Of a stretch of DNA of 64,000 bases, positions 1 through 9,423 are shown one piece after another. The DNA is taken from positions 224,001-288,000 of the forward strand of contig OY969699.1 in assembly GCA_963702025.1 (NCBI GenBank). The letters are read 5' to 3'. Both the position numbers and the translations under genes were made by a program. Positions within the stretch are counted from its first letter, which is position 1. Each line of letters opens with the position of its first letter. Under the pieces are notes generated by a model. It made no database searches, had not been told where the DNA came from, and worked only from the letters and a program-made list of their open reading frames with translations. This DNA comes from an uncultured bacterium (GTDB taxonomy: Bacteria > Babelota > Babeliae > Babelales > Vermiphilaceae).

Positions 1-26
1 TCAGTCGCTAATCAAGGAATACTACT

Positions 27-899
27 ATGCGATATTTATTCTTTGCCTTAATGTTCATTTCCCTTGGGGCAGTTATTCCAGAAAAACCACGCAAGCCGCT
101 TACGATGACACAAAAAATAGACAAAGATTTTAATCTGGTGATAACGGTAAATAATGATCACGTCGCTCACAATAATCCCCAGGCTTCATCGGTGCAAGTA
201 ATACAAAAACCGGAACCGGAATCCTCACCTATTTTGAAGAAATTGCAGGAAATAAAATCCGAGTTACATGTTTCGGAGCGCATGAAAGACATTTTAGAAA
301 AAAGATCATTTTTTTATGACTACAAATGGCATTTACTGGGCCTTACGGTGGCCGGCTCCTATGCCTTTCTTTTGTATATTATTTATGCCGGTAACTCATA
401 TTTGAGCAACAATGAATTATGGTCATCGTGGCGGCAAGATTTGCCGCTCGATCAACTTCTTGCCATTCCGCAGGAGCAATTTTCTCAAGAACTGATCCGA
501 GAAATTCAGCGCCGCTACACTGATCCCCGATCGGTAATTGATTTGGTAAAACCGCTTTCTGAATTTATTATTACTACTAATGATGAAGAAGAACAGCTGC
601 GCTGGTATCAGTCAACCTTTGGATGGCTCTCTTATTTGCAACTGATTAAAATTGTCCCCCTTTCAAAACAACGGTTCACCAAAATCAACGAGCGATTACA
701 ACGACTTGCCTATTATAAAAATATCTTCCAATCCTGGGCGGCTGATTACCAGCTTAATCACCGATTGCGCGCTCAGCCATATGAAATTTTCGATAATGAA
801 AACATAGCAGAATTTGCTGAGTATGTTCATACGCTCATGAGCAACCAACTCGATGACCACTGGGCAAGAAAGCAGAACGCCTTAATTCCCTGCGCATAG
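27..899 (+). CDS. Hypothetical exported/membrane protein
   Basis: 290-aa ORF with AAGGAA RBS, N-terminal signal-like segment and one internal TM helix; no recognised domain. Confidence 0.7.
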   Translation: MRYLFFALMFISLGAVIPEKPRKPLTMTQKIDKDFNLVITVNNDHVAHNNPQASSVQVIQKPEPESSPILKKLQEIKSELHVSERMKDILEKRSFFYDYKWHLLGLTVAGSYAFLLYIIYAGNSYLSNNELWSSWRQDLPLDQLLAIPQEQFSQELIREIQRRYTDPRSVIDLVKPLSEFIITTNDEEEQLRWYQSTFGWLSYLQLIKIVPLSKQRFTKINERLQRLAYYKNIFQSWAADYQLNHRLRAQPYEIFDNENIAEFAEYVHTLMSNQLDDHWARKQNALIPCA

Positions 900-1019
900 T
901 TGATCTTTTAACCAGATGCACGCACAATAGTTTCTCGCCCAGGTCAATTGCTTGCATGGCTTGAAAAGAAGCTTTTAAATTTCTAATTGAAACTATTTAA
1001 CTTAAATAAGCCATTCAAT

Positions 1020-1047
1020 TTGACTTTATTTGTATTTATTTTATCCT
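1020..1047 (+). promoter_or_regulatory. Putative sigma70 promoter (TTGACT-N16-TATCCT)
   Basis: Near-consensus -35/-10 upstream of the GGAGG RBS of ORF 1079. Confidence 0.4.
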
Positions 1048-1078
1048 AAAAATATGATTCTATTTTGGAGGAAATATT

Positions 1079-1489
1079 ATGAATATGCGTAAATTCTTGC
1101 TGTTTTGTTGTCTCATGACTCAAATATCTTCAGTAAATACTATGCAACCGGATTCTGAGTTGATTTTAGAAGGGCCCCTTAGAAATGGCATTCGTTTAAG
1201 ATTAAAAGACCAAAATTATAAATTCCAAGATATTTTAAACAAAGTGAATGGAATAACTACTGTCCCTCAAACAAGAAAATTTGGCTCTTCTGTCTTGTCT
1301 TATATTTATGGCGGTATCGCAGCATGGGCAATGGGCGAAGTAAGCGCCGCAATTCACGAAACACCCGCAGAAATCTGGAACAATACTTTCTTCTTGGCAC
1401 GACCATTCATTGCAATCGGTAAAGCAGCTTCAAATATGTCACAGCGGCCAAAAGAGATTTTTAACTGGCTCACCAACAAATTGCGATAA
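1079..1489 (+). CDS. Hypothetical secreted protein (signal peptide followed by Met)
   Basis: GGAGG RBS; MRKFLLFCCLMTQISSVNT-MQP. Confidence 0.7.
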   Translation: MNMRKFLLFCCLMTQISSVNTMQPDSELILEGPLRNGIRLRLKDQNYKFQDILNKVNGITTVPQTRKFGSSVLSYIYGGIAAWAMGEVSAAIHETPAEIWNNTFFLARPFIAIGKAASNMSQRPKEIFNWLTNKLR

Positions 1490-1493
1490 ATAA

Positions 1494-2231
1494 TTACACT
1501 TCAATAAATAATCGCAGATAATCCTGTTGCGTTTCTTTAACTGTTTTTGCAATAAATAATAAAAATTCAGCATCATCAGAATGTGCTTTTTCTAAGACCT
1601 GAACGTATTGATTGCGCAATATTGGCGGAATAATAGCAATCTCATAGCCTTCTTGCAACAAAATAAGATTCATTAATAAGCGTGCCACTCGCCCATTGCC
1701 ATCAACAAACGGATGAATAAAAACAAACTCTTTATGTGCCAATGCTGCCACTTCAACCGGATTTTTTTCTTTGCGCAATCGCGCCAACATTACCATAAAT
1801 TGGTCCATCAGATCATATAATTGATCCGGTCCGGGCAACGGATATTTTGAGCCGGTGATATAGGCACGCTCAGTGCGGTAATTGCCTGCTTTTTCTTCAT
1901 CGATTCGAAAATAAAATAAATGATGCAAACGTTTGATGTCATCTTGTGTTATTTCATTCTTTTTTGCCAAATCATACAAATAACTATACGCATCACTATG
2001 TCCTATCGCTTCAAAATGCTCAATCATCCGCTTGCCGCCAATAGTGATACCATCTTCCAAAATGATTTTTGTTTCACTTTCGGTCAGCGAATTGCCCTCG
2101 ATCGCATTACTTGTATAGGTAAGCCCAATGCGATAATACTCGCGTATTTGCTTCAGCAAATGCGGGGAAAGTGGTCGATGCATATTAATTTTTTTTTGTA
2201 ATTCATCAATTAGAGAATAGATATTTTTCAT
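1494..2231 (-). CDS. Fic family protein (class II, N-terminal autoinhibitory motif)
   Basis: Canonical HPFVDGNGRVAR Fic motif; SNAIEGN matches the (S/T)xxxE(G/N) inhibitory helix. Confidence 0.92.
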   Translation of the reverse strand: MKNIYSLIDELQKKINMHRPLSPHLLKQIREYYRIGLTYTSNAIEGNSLTESETKIILEDGITIGGKRMIEHFEAIGHSDAYSYLYDLAKKNEITQDDIKRLHHLFYFRIDEEKAGNYRTERAYITGSKYPLPGPDQLYDLMDQFMVMLARLRKEKNPVEVAALAHKEFVFIHPFVDGNGRVARLLMNLILLQEGYEIAIIPPILRNQYVQVLEKAHSDDAEFLLFIAKTVKETQQDYLRLFIEV

Positions 2232-2249
2232 ATTTGAATTTCCTGAAAC

Positions 2250-3317
2250 TCAGACTAAATAAACAGTTCGTATTTTCACCACCGGCGCAGCATCTTTGCC
2301 CGATCCTTTTTCTCGTTCTAACAGAACCCAAATAATAACCGTAACTTTGCCCACTTTAGCGCTCGATAACACCGAAAAGATTTTTGGCGAAAACGTTGGA
2401 TTAAATAATTGAGAAAAATTTGCCGGAAGCGCGCTATATTCTACGCCATAAACCGGTTTAAAGATGGTGTTCCAATCAGTTTTCCAGTTACTTTGTTCTT
2501 TAGCGGTTTTTACTACTTCTTCAGAAAACAATTTTTTTTGCACACCTTTTGGCAGATACAATTGAATAATTGAATGGGAGAAAAGCCACGGATCAATCTC
2601 TTTCTTTCCCGATGAAATGGTAAAAATATCGGTTAAATAAATAGCATCTTTTTTGCCCGCAGGATCATAGAAAATAGTATTCTTAAAGACCTCAAAGCCT
2701 TTGATCGTTAATAATTCCGTAACATCGTTGAGCGGATATTTGCGCTCTTTTAAGAACTTTTCAAATTCAGTAAAAAGATCAGCATTTATTTTCCCTTTGA
2801 TCAAACCGAACAGCTCTTGGAAAAACTTTTTCATATCGCCATTTGGTTTGCCCTCACCAATAAATGCATGTTTTTCAAAATCATATAAACGGTTAATATT
2901 AATTTTTCCCTCTTCACTGCCCAACGTAATCGCCATGGTAGCATCGATTCCTTCAACACCGCGTAAAAGCTTTAATGATTGTTGTTGATTTAATATCGGA
3001 ACTATTTCTTTGAGCACCGCTTTAGCATCCGAGAGTGGCGCTTCTTGCGCTTTTGCTTGCTGCGGATTCTTATTTGGTTGCGGCTGCGGCTGCTCTTGTT
3101 TAGGTTCTTTTTTTTCAGTTACCGATAACTGCGCGATTGCCAGCTGAATACCGCCGAATGCGAGTTGACGCGCCTTTTCACGATCAACCATAGTTTGTGA
3201 AACACGCGCGAAAATAAATCCTCTGTTAAAAACATAGGTGCTCAAAAACATTGCAAGCATGATCAAGCCAAGGGTGAGCGTGAGAATGTAACCGGGTTGA
3301 TTGTTGGTGTGTTTCAT
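2250..3317 (-). CDS. gspK: Type II secretion minor pseudopilin GspK-like
   Basis: Prepilin-like G/YILTL lacking Glu5; EEGKININ motif; last gene of the F-G-H-I-J-K order. Confidence 0.8.
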   Translation of the reverse strand: MKHTNNQPGYILTLTLGLIMLAMFLSTYVFNRGFIFARVSQTMVDREKARQLAFGGIQLAIAQLSVTEKKEPKQEQPQPQPNKNPQQAKAQEAPLSDAKAVLKEIVPILNQQQSLKLLRGVEGIDATMAITLGSEEGKININRLYDFEKHAFIGEGKPNGDMKKFFQELFGLIKGKINADLFTEFEKFLKERKYPLNDVTELLTIKGFEVFKNTIFYDPAGKKDAIYLTDIFTISSGKKEIDPWLFSHSIIQLYLPKGVQKKLFSEEVVKTAKEQSNWKTDWNTIFKPVYGVEYSALPANFSQLFNPTFSPKIFSVLSSAKVGKVTVIIWVLLEREKGSGKDAAPVVKIRTVYLV

Positions 3318-4369
3318 GGGGTAGATCCTCTTGGTGCAGGAGTTGTTGGCTGCTTGCCTGCCGCAGATCCGGCCTGTTGGCCCGGTTTACCATTTTGATC
3401 AACTGCCCCCACTAATTCTTTAAGCTTTCCAAGCAAACGCGAACCTTCTTTTCGTTCCGCTTCAATTTCTGAACGTATTGGTATCTTCAAAGAAAAGCTC
3501 CTACTTTTTTTCTTGGGCAAATCCCACAAAGCAACAGTAAATTCTACCAGTTGTGGCACCACCGGTAACCTCTGCTTGCTTTCATCTTCTCCCTCTTTTT
3601 TTTCCAACCATTCAGCAACTTTTTTTATTTCTTTCTTTTTGCTCTCTTTTTTTTGCGCCGCCTCTTTTTTTGCCGCCTCCGGCTGAGTAGCTCCTGGCTT
3701 AGGCGTTTCTTGTTCTTTTTGTTCTTGTAACACCGCAGTATATTCAACCGATAATGATTTTATACCGCGCACCATTTCATATTCTTTAGCGGTTTCTTTG
3801 TTGTCGAGCGCATTAATATCAAGCTTAGCCGATTCTTGCCGGATAAGCGCATAGGATTTAGCAGGATTTTTTGGTGTCGGTTTTTCTTCTTTTAAAAGAT
3901 ACCGCACGCGAATAACACGCGGTTTTGCTGAACCTGATTTGGCGCCCCAATATATTTGCAAAGGATTGGTGGTAATAAATGTTAGTTGGTCGAGCATGCC
4001 CCCTTTATTGGTGCTATAAAAAAGTTTTTCTAAGGGCCTTTGCTGTTTTGCTTGCGCGCCCGGTGCTGCATTTTCTTCTGCTTGTTCTTCTTCCGCTTCT
4101 TTCTTTTGGTCCGGTTTTGGGGTAGCAGCATTTTTTTGTTGTGGTTTTTTTTGACGGAGATACCACTCATTGGGGGCGGTAACTCCCGAAAGATCCCGCT
4201 CAAACTGCGCATTGAGCAGCGCGGCATTCTCATAAATTGCCGTTGTTGAATCAATCACCGGCACAAAGCGATTAATTTGATAGATAGCACTCATTAAAAG
4301 ACCACTTAAAATTGAAGCAATTAATGAGGCAATTAATAATTCAACGAGACTAAACCCCGGATTTTTCAC
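3314..4369 (-). CDS. gspJ: Type II secretion minor pseudopilin GspJ-like, with K/E/Q/P-rich insertions
   Basis: Class III signal G/FSLVELLIA; FERDL motif; operon position. Confidence 0.75.
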   Translation of the reverse strand: MKNPGFSLVELLIASLIASILSGLLMSAIYQINRFVPVIDSTTAIYENAALLNAQFERDLSGVTAPNEWYLRQKKPQQKNAATPKPDQKKEAEEEQAEENAAPGAQAKQQRPLEKLFYSTNKGGMLDQLTFITTNPLQIYWGAKSGSAKPRVIRVRYLLKEEKPTPKNPAKSYALIRQESAKLDINALDNKETAKEYEMVRGIKSLSVEYTAVLQEQKEQETPKPGATQPEAAKKEAAQKKESKKKEIKKVAEWLEKKEGEDESKQRLPVVPQLVEFTVALWDLPKKKSRSFSLKIPIRSEIEAERKEGSRLLGKLKELVGAVDQNGKPGQQAGSAAGKQPTTPAPRGSTP

Positions 4370-4901
4370 TGCTGGACTCCGGCTTATAGATAAAACTTAC
4401 CAAACGTTCTTGTTTTTTGCTCTGCGTTTGCGGCGCCTGAATTGTTACGCTTTGGATCAGCACATTTTTAAATTTTTTAAGCGCAGAAGAATCAGGTATT
4501 TTTTTAAGTTCATATTTTAAGGTGATCCCTTCATCACTCTTTTTACTTGTTGTAAATGTTTGCGCTTCGGGTGCAAGATTAAATTCCGTATCAATTAAAA
4601 ATTTTTTTGCCGCCAGAATTCCCCCAAAAGCTCTGCGCGCACGCGAAACACTGCGAGAAATAGCCGATTGCCCGTTAAAAATGGGCGTGAGCACCAAGCC
4701 GATGATGGCCATTGCCAGGAGCACTTCGATTAAGGTGAAACCATTGCGTGACCCCGCTCGCCCTGAGTGCGAGTGCAACGAGCGTATCGAAGGGTCATAA
4801 TTCGGCATAGTTCGATACGCCGCTTTGAGGTGGATTTTGTCCTGAGCGCCGTCGAAGGGCACTACGAGCGGAGATGTTACCTTATTTTTGAAAACTATCA
4901 T
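4350..4901 (-). CDS. gspI: Type II secretion minor pseudopilin GspI-like with palindromic insertion in leader
   Basis: G/FTLIEVLLA prepilin motif; likely start ATG at 4901 overlapping the gspH 3' end. Confidence 0.75.
   Translation of the reverse strand: MIVFKNKVTSPLVVPFDGAQDKIHLKAAYRTMPNYDPSIRSLHSHSGRAGSRNGFTLIEVLLAMAIIGLVLTPIFNGQSAISRSVSRARRAFGGILAAKKFLIDTEFNLAPEAQTFTTSKKSDEGITLKYELKKIPDSSALKKFKNVLIQSVTIQAPQTQSKKQERLVSFIYKPESSSEKSGV
4754..4871. repeat. Palindromic REP/RPE-like element, in-frame in gspI
   Basis: Terminal IR CCGCTCG/CGAGCGG; inner perfect IR GCGTATCGAA (4782-4791)/TTCGATACGC (4811-4820); GC-rich against an AT-rich background. Confidence 0.75.
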
Positions 4902-5442
4902 ACACCGTAAACTGCGCGGTAAAAGGGTTGAGCACCAAACCAAATTGCCGTGGTTTTCCTGCCGTATTTTTTTGTTTTTTATCAATAAAATTAATAGTCA
5001 CGTTTTGCGTTAACCCATCCGGCACAATAAAAAAATAACTTGCTATAGTTTTTTCGCTTGTTGACCGTGCCTTTTCATCAAATCCTTCGATAATAAAATT
5101 TTTAATCTCTATATTTGATGGAATGGCGAGTGATGTATTAAGATATGCCCCTTTAATCGGGGCAGTTTCGGGCGGCCCGTTATCTTTGAATCGCACAACA
5201 TCACTCACCGAAACAATATTCTTTTTAAAATCAAACTCCACCTGCTGAGTTTTACGCTCAACAAGCGCGCGGTGCCACGCAAATCGCGTTAATGCATTGA
5301 GTTTCCCCAAAAATACTTGGCGCTCTCTGCGTGGCAGTAATTTACTAAAATTAGGTACAACTACCGCAGTCATTAACCCAATAATAGCAACAACAATCAG
5401 GATCTCTATTAAAGTAAATCCATTCTTATTGCTTCCAAGCAT
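4882..5442 (-). CDS. gspH: Type II secretion minor pseudopilin GspH-like
   Basis: G/FTLIEILIVVAIIG prepilin motif; follows gspG. Confidence 0.8.
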   Translation of the reverse strand: MLGSNKNGFTLIEILIVVAIIGLMTAVVVPNFSKLLPRRERQVFLGKLNALTRFAWHRALVERKTQQVEFDFKKNIVSVSDVVRFKDNGPPETAPIKGAYLNTSLAIPSNIEIKNFIIEGFDEKARSTSEKTIASYFFIVPDGLTQNVTINFIDKKQKNTAGKPRQFGLVLNPFTAQFTVYDSFQK

Positions 5443-5872
5443 CTATCCACTCAGATTTTGGTGTACCTTTACCCCGTTTGCTTCCATAGGAATAAAGCTC
5501 AAACGGATGCTCGCCGCCTTCAGTTGGCTCATAGTGGAACGGTTTATTCCAACCATCTTTTGGTACTTCTCCCTTTTTGGCAGTAATATAGGGGCCGTCC
5601 CAACTTTCAGCAATTTTCTCATCGGCAGGCTTTTTTATCAAATCAACTAAGTTATGTGGATACTCACCCGTATCATCATTATAGGCTTCGATCCGATCTC
5701 TAATAAACTTTAAGCTCAATGCGGTGCTCTTTTTACGATTCGATTCTAGAATGCCTTGCACGGAATAGGTAACTATTCCTCCCAAAATCATCACGAGCGC
5801 TGCCGCGATTAAAATTTCTACCAATGTAAAACCATTTTGTGCATGTTTTTGCTTTTCAATATAAATCATCAA
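5426..5872 (-). CDS. gspG: Type II secretion major pseudopilin GspG
   Basis: G/FTLVE; YNDDTGEYP, WDGPY, DGWNKPFHY and YSYG GspG-type motifs. Confidence 0.9.
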   Translation of the reverse strand: MMIYIEKQKHAQNGFTLVEILIAAALVMILGGIVTYSVQGILESNRKKSTALSLKFIRDRIEAYNDDTGEYPHNLVDLIKKPADEKIAESWDGPYITAKKGEVPKDGWNKPFHYEPTEGGEHPFELYSYGSKRGKGTPKSEWIDAWKQ

Positions 5873-5874
5873 TT

Positions 5875-7089
5875 TTACTCCTCGGTAAATGCAGCCTGTT
5901 GAATCATTGGCAGCATTAATGAGATAACAATAAACCCAACAATAACCGCCATTACAATCAGCAATGCCGGCCCAATTTTTGCCGATAAACTATCAGCGTA
6001 TTCTCCCAATTCCTCCTCATAGTTCCTAGCAACCGTTAACAACATCTGATCTAACTGTCCGCTTTGTTCACCGGTACTAATTAAATAAATAGCGATCGGA
6101 GGAAACAAATTTGTCTGCTTAAGATACTGTGCAATTTTACCCTGTTTAATAATTTTATCACGCGCTTCTCGCAGCGCATCGGCAAGGATGCGATTGTCTA
6201 TAATATTAACCACAATATCAAGTGATTCGGCCAGATTAACGCCACCTTCTAAAAGCATTCCCAGCGTATAACAAAACTGCACAATCGCATTGGTACGCGT
6301 AAAATACCCGATTATGGGCAATTTTAATTTGATTGTGTCAATCATACGCGCACCGGTTGGCGTTGATCGCCACCAGCGATACCCAACTATACCAAGTATC
6401 AAAAGGGTGGCAACGATCCACAGATATTTAGTAAACAATGATGATATGCCCAACAAGATTTTAGTGGTAGCCGGAAGCTCTTTACCGCTTGATGCAAAAT
6501 TTTCGGCCATCGAGGGCACTACAAAAATAAGCAAAACACTTATTACTATAACCGCAACAATTAATTGGATAATCGGCCCGGTTAATGCTGAACGAACGCG
6601 TTTTCTAATTTCTGCACGCCGCTCAAGATAGGCGGTTAACCTTTCAAGGATAACTTCTAATTTGCCGCTCGCTTCCCCTGCGCGAACAAGCTGAACGTAA
6701 ATATTATCAAATACTTTAGGATATTTTTTAAGCGCGTCAGCAAATGAAATACCCTCTTTTACTTCATCTTTAATATTTACGAGCATGGTGCGCAAGCTGC
6801 CCTCAAACTGCTCAATCAAAAGTTCAAGCGCCTGCAATAATGGCACCCCCGATTTGAGGAGCACCACAAGTTGCCGCGTGAATAAGATTTTTTCTTTTGG
6901 GGTAATCTTTGGCGAAAACAAACGCTTCCACCAGGGCATTGATGCTTCGGGTGAACTCAAAGTAACCGAAATCGGATAAATACCCTGTTTGCTCAGTTGT
7001 TCTTTGGCACTTTGCAAGGTTGGCGCGTCAATGGTGCCGGTAATTTTCTTGCCGTCCTTTGCAAATGCTTGGTACAAATACAATGCCAT
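5875..7089 (-). CDS. gspF: Type II secretion inner-membrane platform protein GspF/PilC
   Basis: Duplicated domains with AGEASGKL and TGEQSGQL motifs and TM segments; start MALYLYQA. Confidence 0.93.
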   Translation of the reverse strand: MALYLYQAFAKDGKKITGTIDAPTLQSAKEQLSKQGIYPISVTLSSPEASMPWWKRLFSPKITPKEKILFTRQLVVLLKSGVPLLQALELLIEQFEGSLRTMLVNIKDEVKEGISFADALKKYPKVFDNIYVQLVRAGEASGKLEVILERLTAYLERRAEIRKRVRSALTGPIIQLIVAVIVISVLLIFVVPSMAENFASSGKELPATTKILLGISSLFTKYLWIVATLLILGIVGYRWWRSTPTGARMIDTIKLKLPIIGYFTRTNAIVQFCYTLGMLLEGGVNLAESLDIVVNIIDNRILADALREARDKIIKQGKIAQYLKQTNLFPPIAIYLISTGEQSGQLDQMLLTVARNYEEELGEYADSLSAKIGPALLIVMAVIVGFIVISLMLPMIQQAAFTEE

Positions 7090-7189
7090 GGTAAAATATC
7101 CTTTATTAAACAGGATTTGACGCCTGAGCATAAGTGTGATTCAATGAAAAACTATAGACCTTTTATGCATCATATCTAAAAGGACAATT

Positions 7190-8158
7190 ATGAAAAACCA
7201 TTTACATTTCAGTATAATCATTGCCATTTTTCTTGCTAGCTGCACAACCCTCATCGGTACTACTAGTCATAATGCAAAAGTTGCGGATAATCAACTTCCT
7301 CATCCAACTACCCTGAGAAGCATTGATTTTACTCGATCGGTTTTTGCCGAGGGAGTGGTCCCTTTCTTTACCAACGTTTTTAATAACCCCCTGTATGCCA
7401 AAGATTTTTTACCCAATAATATCCATTTTCATCTGCTTGAGTTTCTTCATCAGGGAAATGCGTTGGGCAAAGATAGTGTCTATGTGCGATCCGTTTTACG
7501 TCTTTTTTATAACAAGCTCAAAGCATTGCCTTATGTGAATGCCTATAGTTTCGGTGAGCTTCTTTCCCAATTACCCGATGCGCTCGAACGCCATTTTGCT
7601 ATCGATACCCAACAAGTTCTTGGTTCACTTAAAAATATAATCTATGAAATCCAATACCATGCATTTATGGCTAATTTTGCAGAATTCAAAACAAAACCGG
7701 AAACATTTTTGGGCAATTTATCACAACAACTTGAAAATGCAGCAGAACTGAGAAAGCTGATAGTGCTTCTTCTTGAAACATCAATCGATCGTTTGATTTG
7801 GGTCCCTTCTGATCAATTTGAAACGTGGCAGCAAGTTAAAACCATTTCTCATCTTCTTGCCATTCTTCACGAAAGAACGATTATCGGTGATCTTGAAGAT
7901 TTAAATAGTTTGTATGTCGCACTCATTGAACGTTATTGCTATTTTCTTGATGTTGCGGGAAAACATATCGATAGCGAAACCTACCAAAAGATCCGCCTTG
8001 ATATTCAAAAAGATCAGTTGCCATTGCTCACCCTTGAAGAACAGCAGGAATATATTGAAACCAAACTGCAACGATTAAGCCGTTGCCTGTTTGAGCTTGA
8101 AAGCAAATCATTGGCCTGCGAATCAGGGATTCTTATTAAAAGTCAACCGAGAGCATAA
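7190..8158 (+). CDS. Hypothetical exported protein (possible lipoprotein)
   Basis: AAGGA RBS; IIIAIFLAS-C resembles a lipobox. Confidence 0.7.
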   Translation: MKNHLHFSIIIAIFLASCTTLIGTTSHNAKVADNQLPHPTTLRSIDFTRSVFAEGVVPFFTNVFNNPLYAKDFLPNNIHFHLLEFLHQGNALGKDSVYVRSVLRLFYNKLKALPYVNAYSFGELLSQLPDALERHFAIDTQQVLGSLKNIIYEIQYHAFMANFAEFKTKPETFLGNLSQQLENAAELRKLIVLLLETSIDRLIWVPSDQFETWQQVKTISHLLAILHERTIIGDLEDLNSLYVALIERYCYFLDVAGKHIDSETYQKIRLDIQKDQLPLLTLEEQQEYIETKLQRLSRCLFELESKSLACESGILIKSQPRA

Positions 8159-9395
8159 AACCGACGGTGGTAAAGGCAATTGATCGTTTACCGCCAAATG
8201 GTAGTCGTGCAAAAAGTGATGCTTGGGGTACGATACAGGGATCCATTTGACATGCAGAAAAATCATAACTCAGATTAAATTCAGCAGAATGCACGATCCA
8301 TTCATCAAGACTTATTGCCGTATTGGCAATAGTACTTGAATAATCACAGCTATTGAGCGCCAAATGATCTTCGCCTTTCTTTAAAAATTGATACCCAACC
8401 AAGAAAGATACTCCGGCAATATTATAGGCCTGCACAAAAAGATTAAATCGTTGCATAAGACCATAATCGGTATATGCTGGTGTTTTTGCCAAGAGTAATA
8501 GATCGGTCTGATCTATGGAAGTTTTTATGCGCCGTTCACGGGTATTGCCAAAAAGATGGAGCAACTGCACATCAAAACCGGCCTTGAAATAATCCCCCAG
8601 AGTTACGCTTAATCCACCGCCATACACAATGCCAACGGCACCATTATAGCCAAATGGGAAGGCCATAAGTTTATCAACATCTTGTTTAAGACCGGTGGGA
8701 AAAGTAAAGCCGACGCGCCCTCCAACATCCACATTTTTTAGAAATTGTCTATTTTTTTGAGGAAAATCAAACATAAATTCCAACAGTAAATTTAAATCGC
8801 CCGGACCGGTTCGCTTCCATCCATTCAAATCAAGCCCGTCACCCAACTGATCAATAACCTGCGTAAGCCTGCTGGTTAATAAATTCCTAACCCGAAAATC
8901 GGCAGGCGTTTTTAGTTGCGTTCTATCGATAAAACCAACATCGGTTAAGCGCACACGGTAAAATGGTAAAAAGGTGGTAAACCACGCATGGGGCAAGAAA
9001 TACCAACGCGCACCAATTACTGCACCTAAATCCAAATGCAACTTGCCGTCAAACATAAGAGTGCCGCGTACATCGTCATTAATAGCATGCAATTGATCGC
9101 CCAACAATGATTGAGGACTGTTGTTAGGAAATCCCTTTAACATAGCAAGAGCATCCTGAAAAGGGTTCCAGATATTAAGCACGTTCACAATATTGCTGTC
9201 ATCACCATAGCCACGCGCAGGACGGACGCCGGTCTCTGCCCATAGGGTTAACTCGTAGCACCGGTCAAGATGCACTTCGGGAATAAGCAAGGTATCATAG
9301 GGGCGCATAAGCAAATTCATGCTGAATGAAACGGCTGGAAAAGATGTAGCCACTACTAAAAAAATTTTTATTACACTAGAAAAATTCCTCGTCAT
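8136..9395 (-). CDS. Putative outer-membrane beta-barrel protein
   Basis: Signal peptide, alternating amphipathic strands, C-terminal Phe (VGFMLSVDF). Confidence 0.6.
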   Translation of the reverse strand: MTRNFSSVIKIFLVVATSFPAVSFSMNLLMRPYDTLLIPEVHLDRCYELTLWAETGVRPARGYGDDSNIVNVLNIWNPFQDALAMLKGFPNNSPQSLLGDQLHAINDDVRGTLMFDGKLHLDLGAVIGARWYFLPHAWFTTFLPFYRVRLTDVGFIDRTQLKTPADFRVRNLLTSRLTQVIDQLGDGLDLNGWKRTGPGDLNLLLEFMFDFPQKNRQFLKNVDVGGRVGFTFPTGLKQDVDKLMAFPFGYNGAVGIVYGGGLSVTLGDYFKAGFDVQLLHLFGNTRERRIKTSIDQTDLLLLAKTPAYTDYGLMQRFNLFVQAYNIAGVSFLVGYQFLKKGEDHLALNSCDYSSTIANTAISLDEWIVHSAEFNLSYDFSACQMDPCIVPQASLFARLPFGGKRSIAFTTVGFMLSVDF

Positions 9396-9423
9396 GAAGC
9401 AATCCTACTTAATCCAATTAATG

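Noticed and set aside
1494..2231. Fic protein as a secreted T2SS effector
   Set aside because: No signal peptide and an ordinary class II Fic; adjacency to gspK alone is weak evidence.
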